Shown here piece after piece: positions 8,010 through 17,487 of a stretch of 64,000 nucleotides of DNA. Source of the DNA: an uncultured Thermoanaerobaculia bacterium (GTDB lineage Bacteria; Acidobacteriota; Thermoanaerobaculia; Thermoanaerobaculales; Sulfomarinibacteraceae); the NCBI GenBank assembly GCA_964552395.1, contig CAZKGM010000015.1:2853-66852 (forward strand), in the 5' to 3' direction. Position 1 is the first letter of the stretch. The number at the start of each line of letters is the position of its first letter. Both the position numbers and the translations under genes were made by a program. Under the pieces are notes generated by a model that worked only from the letters and a program-made list of their open reading frames with translations, was not told where the DNA came from and searched no databases.

Positions 8010-9830
8010 CTACTTGGGCGTCACACGGGCGGCGGCGCGGCGGGCGAGGGGAGCAGGCCGGCCGCGCACCTCGATCTCCTTCCACGACACCCATGAGGGG
8101 CTGGAGGTGGTCTCCACCTTGACGAGCCGGATCCCCCGCCACGGCTCGGAAGGCGTGTAGCTGAGGACCTGGCCGCTGGTCGTGTGCCGGGTGAACTCGT
8201 GCAGGAGCCTGTACTCCGCCGACGCCCCGACGCCCTTTCCCCACACCCGGTGCCGCGTGTCGCCGTGCGGATACTGGTCGGGCACCAGCTTGATGTTGGT
8301 GACCGTGGATGGCCGCTCGAGGTCCACCTCTATCCACTGCTCGGGAAAGTCGCCCGCTCCCCAGGTCGTGCCGAGGTCACCATCGACCGCCAGCTCCGGG
8401 GGGTTCGCCGCCAACGACGACGAAGCGATCACCGGCTTGTGCAGCGCCAGGTCGACCGTGCCGCCGACACACAGCGACATCTGCGCCGGCGCGCAGTACT
8501 CGACTTTGCCGCCGACCATGGTCATGAGCACGCCGATGTCCTTGAGGTCGTCGGGATCGATCTCCAACGGGTTGGCCGAGAGGACGACCAGGTCGGCGTA
8601 CTTGCCGGCCTCCAGGCTCCCCACCTCGGTGTCGCGGAAAAGGGCGTACGCCGAGCCCATGGTCATCATGCGCAGCGCTTCGGAGACGGTAACCGCCGTC
8701 GGCGTCACCCAGTCCGGCGGCTCGCAGACCGTGACCCCGTCCTGGTCGAGCTGCTTCCTGGTGACAAACTCGTACAGGTTCTGGATGGCGCTGGCAGGGC
8801 CGACCCAGGGGAAGTCGGCGTGCCAGGCGAACGTGACGCCCGGGTTGGCGTCGAGCAGCCTGCGGTTGTCGCGGACCCATGACAGCCGCTCGGTCCCCAC
8901 GTAGTACTCCCAAACCTGGTCACTGTCTTCCGAGCATGTGGGAAAGTAGCCGAAGACCACGGGAACGATCCCGATCTGACCGTATCGCGGCACGAGATCG
9001 GGGCGCACGACAACGTTGTGCTCGATGCGGTGACGGTGGTTGTTCGGTCCCCCGCCGAGAACGGCTGCCAGGGCGTTCTGCGCGGTCTCCACCGCACGGT
9101 CCCCGTAGGCGTGGATCGCAACCTGATAACCCCGGCGGTCGGCGGCAGCCACGGCCTGGGTGAGCTCGGCCTCGGTCAGCCAGAGGTCGCCGTAGCTCTC
9201 CGAGTCCGGGTACTGAAAGCTGAACGCCGGGTCACCGCACGAGCCGCCGTCGGCGAACATTTTGACACCGCCGATGCGCAGCATCTCGCCTGGCGTACGT
9301 GTTGGCGGGACCGCCGCGTACCAGTCGCCGAGGACGACGCCGCAGTTGGTATCGTAGACGAGGTACACGCTGGTCCGGACGCGGAGCTTACCGACCTGCT
9401 CGAACTCTCGCATCCTGGAGAGGATGTCGGGGTCGATGTACATGTCGGCCATGCAGGTGATGCCGGACTGCAGGGCCAGCTCCTGCGCTTCCTCCCAGCT
9501 CATCCCCACCATCTCCGCGTCGTTGAGGATGTGGGTGTGGGCCTCGACAAACCCCGGCAGCAGCGCCCTCCCGTGCAGATCAACAAGCCGTGTGCCGGGT
9601 CCTCGTAGCGCGCGGATCTCCGCATCGCTTCCTACGGCGAGGATCCGGCCCCCCTTGATCGCCAACCCCTCCGCGCTCGGGTGGGCGTTGTCCATGGTCA
9701 CGACGCTCCCGTTGACGAAGACGATGTCAGGCTGTTGACCAGACGTGGCGCCGAACGCCGGCAACGGGGCGAGCGTCAGGAACACAACAACAAAGACGAC
9801 AAAGCCGAGAGCGCTCACCACGCGATTCAT
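8010..9830 (-). CDS. secreted amidohydrolase-family metallohydrolase with C-terminal F5/8 type C (discoidin) domain
   Basis: ORF 8010..9986 trimmed to MNRVVSALGFVVFVVVFLTLAPLPAFG (ATG 9830, signal peptide). HxH motif FVEAHTHI, then AIHAYGD and HADFP later. C-terminal ~130 aa LAVDGDLGTTWGAGDFPEQWIEVDL...WVSWKEIEV matches the discoidin fold pattern. Confidence 0.8.
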   Translation of the reverse strand: MNRVVSALGFVVFVVVFLTLAPLPAFGATSGQQPDIVFVNGSVVTMDNAHPSAEGLAIKGGRILAVGSDAEIRALRGPGTRLVDLHGRALLPGFVEAHTHILNDAEMVGMSWEEAQELALQSGITCMADMYIDPDILSRMREFEQVGKLRVRTSVYLVYDTNCGVVLGDWYAAVPPTRTPGEMLRIGGVKMFADGGSCGDPAFSFQYPDSESYGDLWLTEAELTQAVAAADRRGYQVAIHAYGDRAVETAQNALAAVLGGGPNNHRHRIEHNVVVRPDLVPRYGQIGIVPVVFGYFPTCSEDSDQVWEYYVGTERLSWVRDNRRLLDANPGVTFAWHADFPWVGPASAIQNLYEFVTRKQLDQDGVTVCEPPDWVTPTAVTVSEALRMMTMGSAYALFRDTEVGSLEAGKYADLVVLSANPLEIDPDDLKDIGVLMTMVGGKVEYCAPAQMSLCVGGTVDLALHKPVIASSSLAANPPELAVDGDLGTTWGAGDFPEQWIEVDLERPSTVTNIKLVPDQYPHGDTRHRVWGKGVGASAEYRLLHEFTRHTTSGQVLSYTPSEPWRGIRLVKVETTSSPSWVSWKEIEVRGRPAPLARRAAARVTPK

Positions 9831-10335
9831 GAAAGGACCCCCCTGTGTTGAGACAGTATCACAAACGATGCGGAGGAACCGGCCGCAGCAGCGGAACGGC
9901 AGAGTCGGCGCATTTGCCCGCCGGGGACCTCCGAGCTGTGGCTCCGCGCAGGCAACGAGGCGCCTCCATCGGCCCTGTAGCCACACAGCCGGTTGTCCTT
10001 CCGTGGGTTACTCGTCGCCTTCGGCGCCGGTGACCCTTTGGAAAGCGAGATGGCCGTGGGGCCAACCTGCCCCCTCTTCGACCCCCCTGGCCACGACCAT
10101 GAGCTCGCTCTCCTGCCGGGGTGCCAGGCTCGAGGTTCCCCCCTTGTAGACCGGAAGCGTGACCGCGCTCCAGGAAAACCACCGAAGCATCGCACGCCCC
10201 GTCGAACGCACCCTGCTCCGGAGCACACTCCGCCCTCGTTCTCCGGGTGGGCGGACGGGACCTAATTACTTAATGACTTAATCACTTACTCACCTTCCTC
10301 AGGCGCCCCACTCCCTCACGTAGTACTATCGACCC

Positions 10336-11436
10336 ATGATCCGCATCCTCACTCTCGCCCTCGCGGCCGTCCTCGGTGCGGCCTTCGTCCGCGCCGGAGA
10401 GCCTCCGTCACGCATCGATGGCGAAGCCGCCGGCCGCCTCGCCGAGCTGGCGCTGGCCTGCGTGCACAAGGAGTATCCCAACAAGATCGCCCACGTGCTT
10501 CGTTCCGACGCCGACGTCAAGCCGCCGCGCGAGCTCACGCCGGCGTTCTGCGGCTGTTTCGACTGGCACTCGGCGGTGCACGGGCACTGGTTGCTCGTGC
10601 GCCTTGCCAGGACCTTCCCCGACGCCCCGTTCGTGCCGCGCGCCCGGACGGCTCTCGCCGAGAGCTTGACCCCCGAGCACATCGCCGCCGAGGTGAGCTA
10701 CCTCGAGCGCGACGGCAACGAGACGTTCGAGCGGCCCTACGGCCTCGCCTGGCTGCTCCAGCTCGCGGCCGAGCTGCACGAGTGGCACGACCCCGATGCG
10801 CAGCGCTGGTCCGCCGCGCTCGCACCGCTCGAGCACGCCGCCGCCGGTCGCTTCACCACCTGGCTGCCCAAGCTCAGCCACCCGATCCGCACCGGCGAGC
10901 ACAGCCAGACCGCTTTCGCCTTCGGCCTCGTCCTCGACTGGGCGCGGAGCACCGGCAACCAAACCGTCGAGCAACTCGTCGCCACCCGCACCCGCGAGCT
11001 TTACGTCGCCGACCGCGACTGCCCAATCTCGTACGAACCCTCCGGCCAGGACTTCCTGTCGCCGTGCCTGGCCGAGGCCGACCTCGTGCGCCGCATACTG
11101 CCGCCGGCCGAGTTTGCGGCCTGGCTCGGCGGCTTCCTGCCCAACCTGCCGCTCGACGGATCCACCGCCTGGCTGCCCCTCGGCGTGGTCACCGACCCCA
11201 GCGACGGCAAGCTCGCCCACCTCGACGGCCTCAACCTGTCGCGCGCCTGGATGCTCGAGGGGATCGCTGCCGGCCTGCCGGCCGGCGACCCGCGGGTGAA
11301 GACGCTGCTGGCAACAGCCGCGGTGCACCGGGAGTCGGGGCTCGCCGCGGTTACCGGCGAGCACTACGAGGGCGGCCACTGGCTCGGCAGCTTTGCCACC
11401 TACCTGGTCACCGGCCGCGGCCTACCAGTGCGATAG
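10336..11436 (+). CDS. DUF2891-family protein (secreted, function unknown)
   Basis: Signal peptide MIRILTLALAAVLGAAFVRA. The stretch CVHKEYPNKIAHVL...PAFCGCFDWHSAVHGHWLLVRL is as I remember the DUF2891 family. Family assignment is from memory only. Confidence 0.6.
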   Translation: MIRILTLALAAVLGAAFVRAGEPPSRIDGEAAGRLAELALACVHKEYPNKIAHVLRSDADVKPPRELTPAFCGCFDWHSAVHGHWLLVRLARTFPDAPFVPRARTALAESLTPEHIAAEVSYLERDGNETFERPYGLAWLLQLAAELHEWHDPDAQRWSAALAPLEHAAAGRFTTWLPKLSHPIRTGEHSQTAFAFGLVLDWARSTGNQTVEQLVATRTRELYVADRDCPISYEPSGQDFLSPCLAEADLVRRILPPAEFAAWLGGFLPNLPLDGSTAWLPLGVVTDPSDGKLAHLDGLNLSRAWMLEGIAAGLPAGDPRVKTLLATAAVHRESGLAAVTGEHYEGGHWLGSFATYLVTGRGLPVR

Positions 11437-11511
11437 CCGACTGCCGATCCACCTCGAGAGCGCCTGAGTCCGCATCATTCAAGAGCGATCGCAGCGAGAC
11501 CGGCCAGGAGT

Positions 11512-11572
11512 GAACCAGCAAGGCACAAAGAGCACAAAGGCAGGAAACACGAAGGCAGACAGGAGAATCTTC
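11512..11572. repeat. single arm of the 9-nt-periodic intergenic element family (see findings)
   Basis: GAACCAGCAAGGCACAAAGAGCACAAAGGCAGGAAACACGAAGGCAGACAGGAGAATCTTC. The element continues as ...TCTTCTTAGC (11567-11577), and that box contains the TAA stop (11575-11573, minus strand) of the NRAMP gene. Confidence 0.55.
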
Positions 11573-12874
11573 TTAGCCCGCTCGGCGGCGGCGCAGGGCG
11601 CGGGCGGTGGGGACCGCGAGCGCAGCAACGGCTGCCGCCGCGGTCCACAGCACCAGGCGGTCGGTCGGAGCCGGCAGCGCGAGGGCAGCCGCCACCGCGC
11701 GCACCAGGTTGGCGGCACCGAGCAGCACCGCAACCGCGCACACCGCCACCGTGAGGAAGTTGGCAGGCGTACGGTTGATCCCGCCATCGCCGAGCAGGGC
11801 GCGGTCGTTGACCACCAGCAGCAGGAACACGGCGACCAGCGGCAGCAGCACGCCGTTGAGCGCCTGCGCCGCGATGATCGCGGGGATCGGCCGCACTCCG
11901 GTGGCACCGAGGCCGACGCCAACCAGGAGCACTGCGAGCCAGACGGCGCGGTAGCACCACGCCCGCTCGCCCCACAGCCGTCCCGCCCGGGAGTGGGAGA
12001 ACAGGCTGCGGGCCGTGATCGCCGCCGCCAGCGGCGCGGTGATCGCCGAGGAAAAGCCGGCCGCGAACAGCCCGGCCGCGAACAGCCCCCGCCCCCAGGC
12101 GCCGAAACGCGCGGCCAGAACGCCGGCCAGCTCCGCGTAGCCGAAGGCGCCGGTGACCGCGCTCCCCACCACCACGATGGCCATCGAGATCAATCCCCCC
12201 AGCACGATCGCCACTGCGAGTCCGAATCTCATCTCGTCGAGCCGCTGGCCGGCCGCGATCCCGGAGCCCAGGAACAGGTTGTAGGGCACGACCGTGGTGC
12301 CCACGAGCCCGAGCACAAGCAGCCCGGCGCCGGCAGGCACGCTCGGCACCACCGCCCCCAGCACCAGCGCGCCGGCCACCGGGCGCAGCGCGGCCGCGGT
12401 GTAGAGGAACGCCACCCCCATCACCGCAACCAGGACGCTCATGACCCGCACCACGGTGCGCGTGCTGCCCAGCCACAGCAACGTGCCGGCCCCCGCACCG
12501 AGCGCCACTGCGACCAGCGGGGGAGGCACGGCCGCGACCAGGCCGACGCCGGCCGCCGCGCCGAGGATGTTGCCGCCCTCGTAGGCCGCACAACCGAGCA
12601 GGATCGCCCCCGCCGCGGTGGCCACCATCCAGGACGCGCCGACGCCGCCGCGCCGCGGCGGCCGCAGCGCCTCGCCAAGCGTCCTTCCCGACAGCACGGT
12701 GATGCGGGCGCTCGCTTCCTGCAGCACCAGGCAGGCCACGGTGGAGAAGGTGAGCGCCCACAGCAGCGCAGGTCCGAAGCGCGCCCCCGCCGAGGCGCAG
12801 GTCGTCACCGTCCCCGGGCCGATGAAGGCCGCCGCGATCACCGACCAGAACGCCACCGCCAGCAGCCGTCTCAC
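11573..12874 (-). CDS. NRAMP-family divalent metal cation transporter
   Basis: GTG start. 11-12 predicted TM helices. N-terminal FIGPGTVTTCASAGARFG...LWALTFSTVACLVLQEASARI pattern of Nramp/MntH-like carriers. The start overlaps the stop of the upstream hyuB-like gene (GTGA). Confidence 0.7.
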   Translation of the reverse strand: MRRLLAVAFWSVIAAAFIGPGTVTTCASAGARFGPALLWALTFSTVACLVLQEASARITVLSGRTLGEALRPPRRGGVGASWMVATAAGAILLGCAAYEGGNILGAAAGVGLVAAVPPPLVAVALGAGAGTLLWLGSTRTVVRVMSVLVAVMGVAFLYTAAALRPVAGALVLGAVVPSVPAGAGLLVLGLVGTTVVPYNLFLGSGIAAGQRLDEMRFGLAVAIVLGGLISMAIVVVGSAVTGAFGYAELAGVLAARFGAWGRGLFAAGLFAAGFSSAITAPLAAAITARSLFSHSRAGRLWGERAWCYRAVWLAVLLVGVGLGATGVRPIPAIIAAQALNGVLLPLVAVFLLLVVNDRALLGDGGINRTPANFLTVAVCAVAVLLGAANLVRAVAAALALPAPTDRLVLWTAAAAVAALAVPTARALRRRRAG

Positions 12875-14427
12875 GAGTCAGCCTCCGGCGCACCCCAGCC
12901 GCCGCCGCCCGGCGTCTCGAGCACCAGGCGGTCTCCGGGACCGACCTCGCAGCCGTCCACCGGCCCCAGCTCGAGGACCGCACCGCCGGCCCGGATCACG
13001 CGCTGCCGCCCGGTCGCCCCGGTCGCGCCCCCGGCCATGCCGTACGGCGCTACGGTTCGGTGCTGGGACAGCACGGACAGGCTCATTGGCGCCAGGAATA
13101 CGAGCTCTCGCAGCGCCCCGTCGCCGCCGCGCCGCCGCCCGCGCCCGCCCGAGCCGCGGCGGATGGCGAACCGTTCCACTCGCACCGGGTAGCGGTGCTC
13201 CACCACCTCCGGGTCGGTGATGCGGGTGTTGGTCATGTGGCTGTGCACGGCGTCCGCGCCGGCTGCATCCGCAGTGGCGCCGACGCCGCCGCACACAGTC
13301 TCGTAGTAGCCGAAGTGCTCGTTTCCGAACAGCACGTTGTTCATCGTGCCCTGCGAGCAGGCGGCCAGCCCGAGCGCCTTGAGCAGCAGGTCCACGAGCC
13401 GTTGGCTGGTCTCGACGTTGCCGCCGACCACGGCCGGCGCCTGGCGCGGGTCGGCCGGGAACGGCGGGTCGAGCAGCCCGGACGGGATCACCAGCTCCAC
13501 CGGCGCGAGCAGCCCCTCGTTCAGCGGCAGCGGCGCCGCAACCAGGAGGCGGAGCACGTAGAGCACGACGCTGGTGACTATGGCCGGCGTCGCGTTGAGG
13601 TTGCCGGGGTGGACGCCGCCGCTGCCCGTGAAGTCGATGCAGGCGCGATCCCCTGCTACGCACACCTCGACGGTCAGCGGCGTGCCATCGTCGAGGCTCT
13701 CCTGCGCCCGGTAGACGCCTGCCGGCAGGCGGCCGAGCGCGGCCCGGGCGTGGTGCTCGGCGAGCTCTTCGACCGCCGCCATGAAGTGGAGCACGGCGGC
13801 GGGCCCGTGGAGCTCCGCCAGTGTCTCGAGTGCGGCAGCACCGTGCCGGTTGGCGGCAACCGCCGCGGCCAGGTCGGCGAGGTTGTCGCCCACCGCTCGC
13901 GACGGGTACGGACCGCCCCTCAGCAACGCCTCGATTTCCGCCCAGCGCGGCTCGCCGGCGAACACCAGCAGTTGCGGCGCGATCACCACACCCTCCTCGG
14001 CGAGACAGCTCGCGTTCGGGGGCATCGAGCCGGGGCGGGTGCCACCGATCTCGGCGTGGTGGGCACGGCTCGCGACGTAGCCCAGGAGGTCGCCACCGCC
14101 GAACACCGGGGTGATCACGGTGACGTCGGGCAGGTGCGAGCCGCCGAACGCGGGGTGGTTGGTGACCGCGACGTCGCCCGGGCCCAGGGGAAGCTCCGCC
14201 ACGACCCGCCGCACGCACAGCCCGAGCGAGCCGAGGTGGACCGGGATGTGGGGCGCGTTGACCACCAGGCGCCCGCATGGGTCCAGCAGCGCACAGGAGA
14301 AGTCGAGGCGCTCCTTGACGTTGGTGGAGAGCGCAGTGCGCCGCAGCATCTCCCCCATCTCGCGGGCGATGGTCGTGAAGCGGTTGACGAACAGCTCGAG
14401 CCGCACGGCGTCGGGACGGTCAGTCAT
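12871..14427 (-). CDS. hyuB: hydantoinase B/oxoprolinase family protein
   Basis: MTDRPDAVRLELFVNRFTTIAREMGEMLRRTALSTNVKERLDFSCALLD...VAVTNHPAFGGSHLPDVTVITPVF is the canonical HyuB/OplaH C-terminal-half signature. Start trimmed to ATG 14427 (alternative 14442). Confidence 0.88.
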   Translation of the reverse strand: MTDRPDAVRLELFVNRFTTIAREMGEMLRRTALSTNVKERLDFSCALLDPCGRLVVNAPHIPVHLGSLGLCVRRVVAELPLGPGDVAVTNHPAFGGSHLPDVTVITPVFGGGDLLGYVASRAHHAEIGGTRPGSMPPNASCLAEEGVVIAPQLLVFAGEPRWAEIEALLRGGPYPSRAVGDNLADLAAAVAANRHGAAALETLAELHGPAAVLHFMAAVEELAEHHARAALGRLPAGVYRAQESLDDGTPLTVEVCVAGDRACIDFTGSGGVHPGNLNATPAIVTSVVLYVLRLLVAAPLPLNEGLLAPVELVIPSGLLDPPFPADPRQAPAVVGGNVETSQRLVDLLLKALGLAACSQGTMNNVLFGNEHFGYYETVCGGVGATADAAGADAVHSHMTNTRITDPEVVEHRYPVRVERFAIRRGSGGRGRRRGGDGALRELVFLAPMSLSVLSQHRTVAPYGMAGGATGATGRQRVIRAGGAVLELGPVDGCEVGPGDRLVLETPGGGGWGAPEADS

Positions 14428-16633
14428 CGCCGCCCCCCGCACGGAGCACGAGGGCGCCGGAGGCGTCCACCTCGGCTCTCCACCCCGGCTCGATCACTGT
14501 CGCGCTGTGGCGCTCGAACACCAACGCCGGACCTGAAGTCTCGGCGCCGACCTCGAGCTCGGCACGCTCGTGGACCGCGACCTGCCGCCACGCGCCGCCC
14601 ACGAAGCAGCGGCGCCGGCCGGCCGCAGCGGGTGCCGGCACAGCGGTCGGGACCGTCGCCGAGAGCGGGTCTGGCCGTGACGAGGCCACGACCCGCACCG
14701 ACTCGAGCTCCACCTCGCGACCCTCGGGCCGATAGCCGTAGAGCGCCTCGTAGGCGCGGAGGAACGAGGCCGCCGGTGGCACGCCGAGCTCGTGCTCCAC
14801 CGCCAGCACGCTGTCCTGACCGAGGAAGCGCATGTTGAGGATGCGCCGGCGCACTCTCACCTCTTCGGCCGCCACACCTTCCCCTGCCACGGCGGCGGAC
14901 GCCTCCGTGCCGAGCTCGGCGAGCAGGTCCTCGAGCCCGCCTTCCACGGTGGCCAGCGGGCGCAGCACCTGGCGCTCGGCGAAGCGCTCGACGACCGCTC
15001 GGCCCAGGCCGAGAGCGGAGAGCAGGCCGGCATCGACAGGGACCACAATCGTCGTCATGCCGAGCAGGCGAGCGACCGCGCAGGCGTGCTGGGCGCCGGC
15101 GCCGCCGAACGCCACCAGCGCGTGGTCGGCCGGGTCGTAGCCGCGGCGCAGCGAGATGCGCCGAATCGCGTCGGCCATGCGCTCGTTGGCGATGTCGAGA
15201 AGGCCCTCGAGCACCGCTTCGAGACCGGCGCCCCCGACCGCGGCAACCAGGTCCTCAGCGGCGCGGCGGGCGACGGCCGGGTCGATGGGGATCTCGAAGC
15301 GCTCCGGGTCGAGACGGCCCAGCAACAGGTTGACGTCGGTCACCGTGAGCGGGCCCCCTGCCCCGTAGCAGGCCGGTCCGGGATCGGCGCCCGCGCTCTC
15401 TGGCCCCACCAGCAGGCGGCGCCCGTCGAACCGGCAGATCGAGCCACCGCCGGCCGCCACCGTCTCCACGGCGAGGGCCGGGGCGACCAGGTGGGCGTCG
15501 CCAACGCGGTGTTCGAAGAGGTACTCGAAGTCGCTCTCGAAGCGCGCCACATCGGTCGAGGTGCCGCCCATGTCGAAGCTGATGACGCGCGCGAACCCGG
15601 CCCGTCCACCGGCCCACGCCGCACCGACGACGCCGCCGGCCGGGCCCGAGAGCAGGCTGTCCTTGGCACGGTACTCCTCGGCGCGCACCAGACCCCCGGC
15701 GCTGGTCATCACGTGCAGTGTGCCGTCGCCGCCGAGCGCCCCGGAGACCCGCGACAGGTAGTCGGAGATGACCGGAGCCAACGTCGCGTCGACGACCGCA
15801 GTCTCGGCCCGCGGCAGCAGCCGGATGAACGGTGCGAGCTGCGCCGAGGAGGACACGTGCGCAAAGCCGATCTGGCGCAGGAGGTCGCTCACGGCCCGCT
15901 CGTGGGCCGGATTCCGGTAGGCGTGCATGAGCGCGACCGCGGCGCATGAGACGCCGCCTGCGAGCAGCGCCTCGGCGGCCGGCCTCAGCACCGCGAGATC
16001 GGGGGCCCTGAGCACTGATCCGTCCGCGGCAAGCCGCTCGTCGACCTCGACCACGGCGGCGAACAGCGGCGCCGGCTTGTCCACCGCCAGCGCGAACAGC
16101 TCCGGCCGTTGCTGAGTGCCTATCAGCAGGAGGTCGCCGAACCCGGCGGTGATGAACAGCGCCACCGGCGCGCCGCGCCGCTCAAGGAGCGCGTTGGTGC
16201 CGCGGGTGGTCGCCAGGCGCATCGCCATCGGTGGCAGCGGCCGTCCACACGGGGTGCCGGTGAGGAGGCGTGCGCCGAGCACCGGAGCCTCGTCGTCGGT
16301 ACGCAGCTCGAACCCGCGCCCCGGTCCGGCGCCTTGCGGCGCGTCCGCGGCCAGTGCGATCGTGCCACTCTCCGCCTCCCAGCCCGCCACCGGTACGCCG
16401 GCCGCACGGTCGCCGACGAGCGAGAACGTGCACCCGGCAAAGAAGTCACCGGCTAGCTGCCAGCGCGCGTCCACCTCGACCGACCGGGCGTCGCGCAGGG
16501 CCGCGATGCGGCCGCGCAGCGCGCTCGAGGAAAGCACCTTGGCGCGGTGGAGGCGGCCTTCCGGGTCGATCCCGAGGCAGTCGGTGAACGTCCCTCCGGT
16601 GTCCACCCACACCCGCCACGGCGTCGCCGTCAC
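14420..16633 (-). CDS. hyuA: hydantoinase A/oxoprolinase family protein
   Basis: WRVWVDTGGTFTDC (ASKHA ATPase phosphate-1 motif) and ISFDMGGTSTDV. Start moved to GTG 16633, which is preceded by GGAGGA 7 nt upstream. The track ORF extends to 16702. Confidence 0.88.
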   Translation of the reverse strand: MTATPWRVWVDTGGTFTDCLGIDPEGRLHRAKVLSSSALRGRIAALRDARSVEVDARWQLAGDFFAGCTFSLVGDRAAGVPVAGWEAESGTIALAADAPQGAGPGRGFELRTDDEAPVLGARLLTGTPCGRPLPPMAMRLATTRGTNALLERRGAPVALFITAGFGDLLLIGTQQRPELFALAVDKPAPLFAAVVEVDERLAADGSVLRAPDLAVLRPAAEALLAGGVSCAAVALMHAYRNPAHERAVSDLLRQIGFAHVSSSAQLAPFIRLLPRAETAVVDATLAPVISDYLSRVSGALGGDGTLHVMTSAGGLVRAEEYRAKDSLLSGPAGGVVGAAWAGGRAGFARVISFDMGGTSTDVARFESDFEYLFEHRVGDAHLVAPALAVETVAAGGGSICRFDGRRLLVGPESAGADPGPACYGAGGPLTVTDVNLLLGRLDPERFEIPIDPAVARRAAEDLVAAVGGAGLEAVLEGLLDIANERMADAIRRISLRRGYDPADHALVAFGGAGAQHACAVARLLGMTTIVVPVDAGLLSALGLGRAVVERFAERQVLRPLATVEGGLEDLLAELGTEASAAVAGEGVAAEEVRVRRRILNMRFLGQDSVLAVEHELGVPPAASFLRAYEALYGYRPEGREVELESVRVVASSRPDPLSATVPTAVPAPAAAGRRRCFVGGAWRQVAVHERAELEVGAETSGPALVFERHSATVIEPGWRAEVDASGALVLRAGGGDD

Positions 16634-16786
16634 GCCCGCGTCCTCCGGGGCCAACTCGCGGGCCGGGCCTGCTCGAGCCTGTCCATGACCATGCCGCAGC
16701 AACTATACACGCGGCATGCTCGAAGTTCGGGGCTGCGACCAGGTATCATGTCGACGCGGAACGCCGACAGCGAGGGACCGCCCACG

Positions 16787-17416
16787 ATGACAGAGATCTC
16801 ACCCGACCAGAAGAGCCGCTGGATGCGAATCGCGCACCGCCTTGTGGTGGCAACGATGGGGTACAACGCCATCGAGGCGGGAGTGGCGTTGGCCTCCGGG
16901 ATCGTGGCTCACAGCATCGCCCTGGTCGGCTTCGGCCTCGACAGCGTTATAGAGCTGGCCGCGGCGGCCGTCCTGCTATGGCGGCTGCGCCTCGAACGAC
17001 GCGGGGCCGACGAGGAGAGCGTCGAGAGGACGGAGCGTCGGGTGCTCGTATTCGTCGGTATCACCTTCCTGCTCCTGGCTGCTTACGTCGGGTTCGAGGC
17101 GGTGTGGACCCTGAGGAACCACGAGGCTGCCGCGGAGAGCACCGTCGGGATCGTCCTCGCCGCCGCATCGCTGGTGCTCATGCCGCTGATCTCCTGGGCC
17201 AAGCTGCGGGCGGCAGCCAAGATCGGAAGCGGCGCGCTGCGCGCCGAGGCCAAGGAAACGCTGGCCTGCTCCTACCTGTCCTTCACCCTGCTGCTGGGCC
17301 TGGTCTGCAACGCGGTCGCGGGCTGGTGGTGGGCCGACCCGCTGGCCGCCCTGCTGATGGTGCCGTGGCTGGTCCGCGAGGGGATCGAGGGGATCCGCGG
17401 CGAGGACGACGACTGA
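16787..17416 (+). CDS. cation diffusion facilitator-like cation transporter (membrane domain only)
   Basis: MTEISPDQKSRWMRIAHRLVVATMGYNAIEAGVALASGIVAHSIALVGFGLDSVIEL... (CDF TM2 HSxALxxxGxD pattern), 5-6 TM helices, ~209 aa. Start ATG 16787 has GAGGGA upstream; alternative ATG 16748. Confidence 0.6.
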   Translation: MTEISPDQKSRWMRIAHRLVVATMGYNAIEAGVALASGIVAHSIALVGFGLDSVIELAAAAVLLWRLRLERRGADEESVERTERRVLVFVGITFLLLAAYVGFEAVWTLRNHEAAAESTVGIVLAAASLVLMPLISWAKLRAAAKIGSGALRAEAKETLACSYLSFTLLLGLVCNAVAGWWWADPLAALLMVPWLVREGIEGIRGEDDD

Positions 17417-17487
17417 CTCCACCACCCCACCGGGCGCCTACACTGACCCGATCCTGCACCGACGACATGGTCAGGTTGTGGCAGCAA

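Noticed and set aside
10008-10226. 72-aa minus-strand ORF as a real small gene (VOC/glyoxalase-like).
   Set aside because: The resemblance is limited to a short ...ELMVV...GHLAFQ segment. There is no SD, and the ORF is far shorter than a VOC domain. It is kept only as a possible remnant in a finding.
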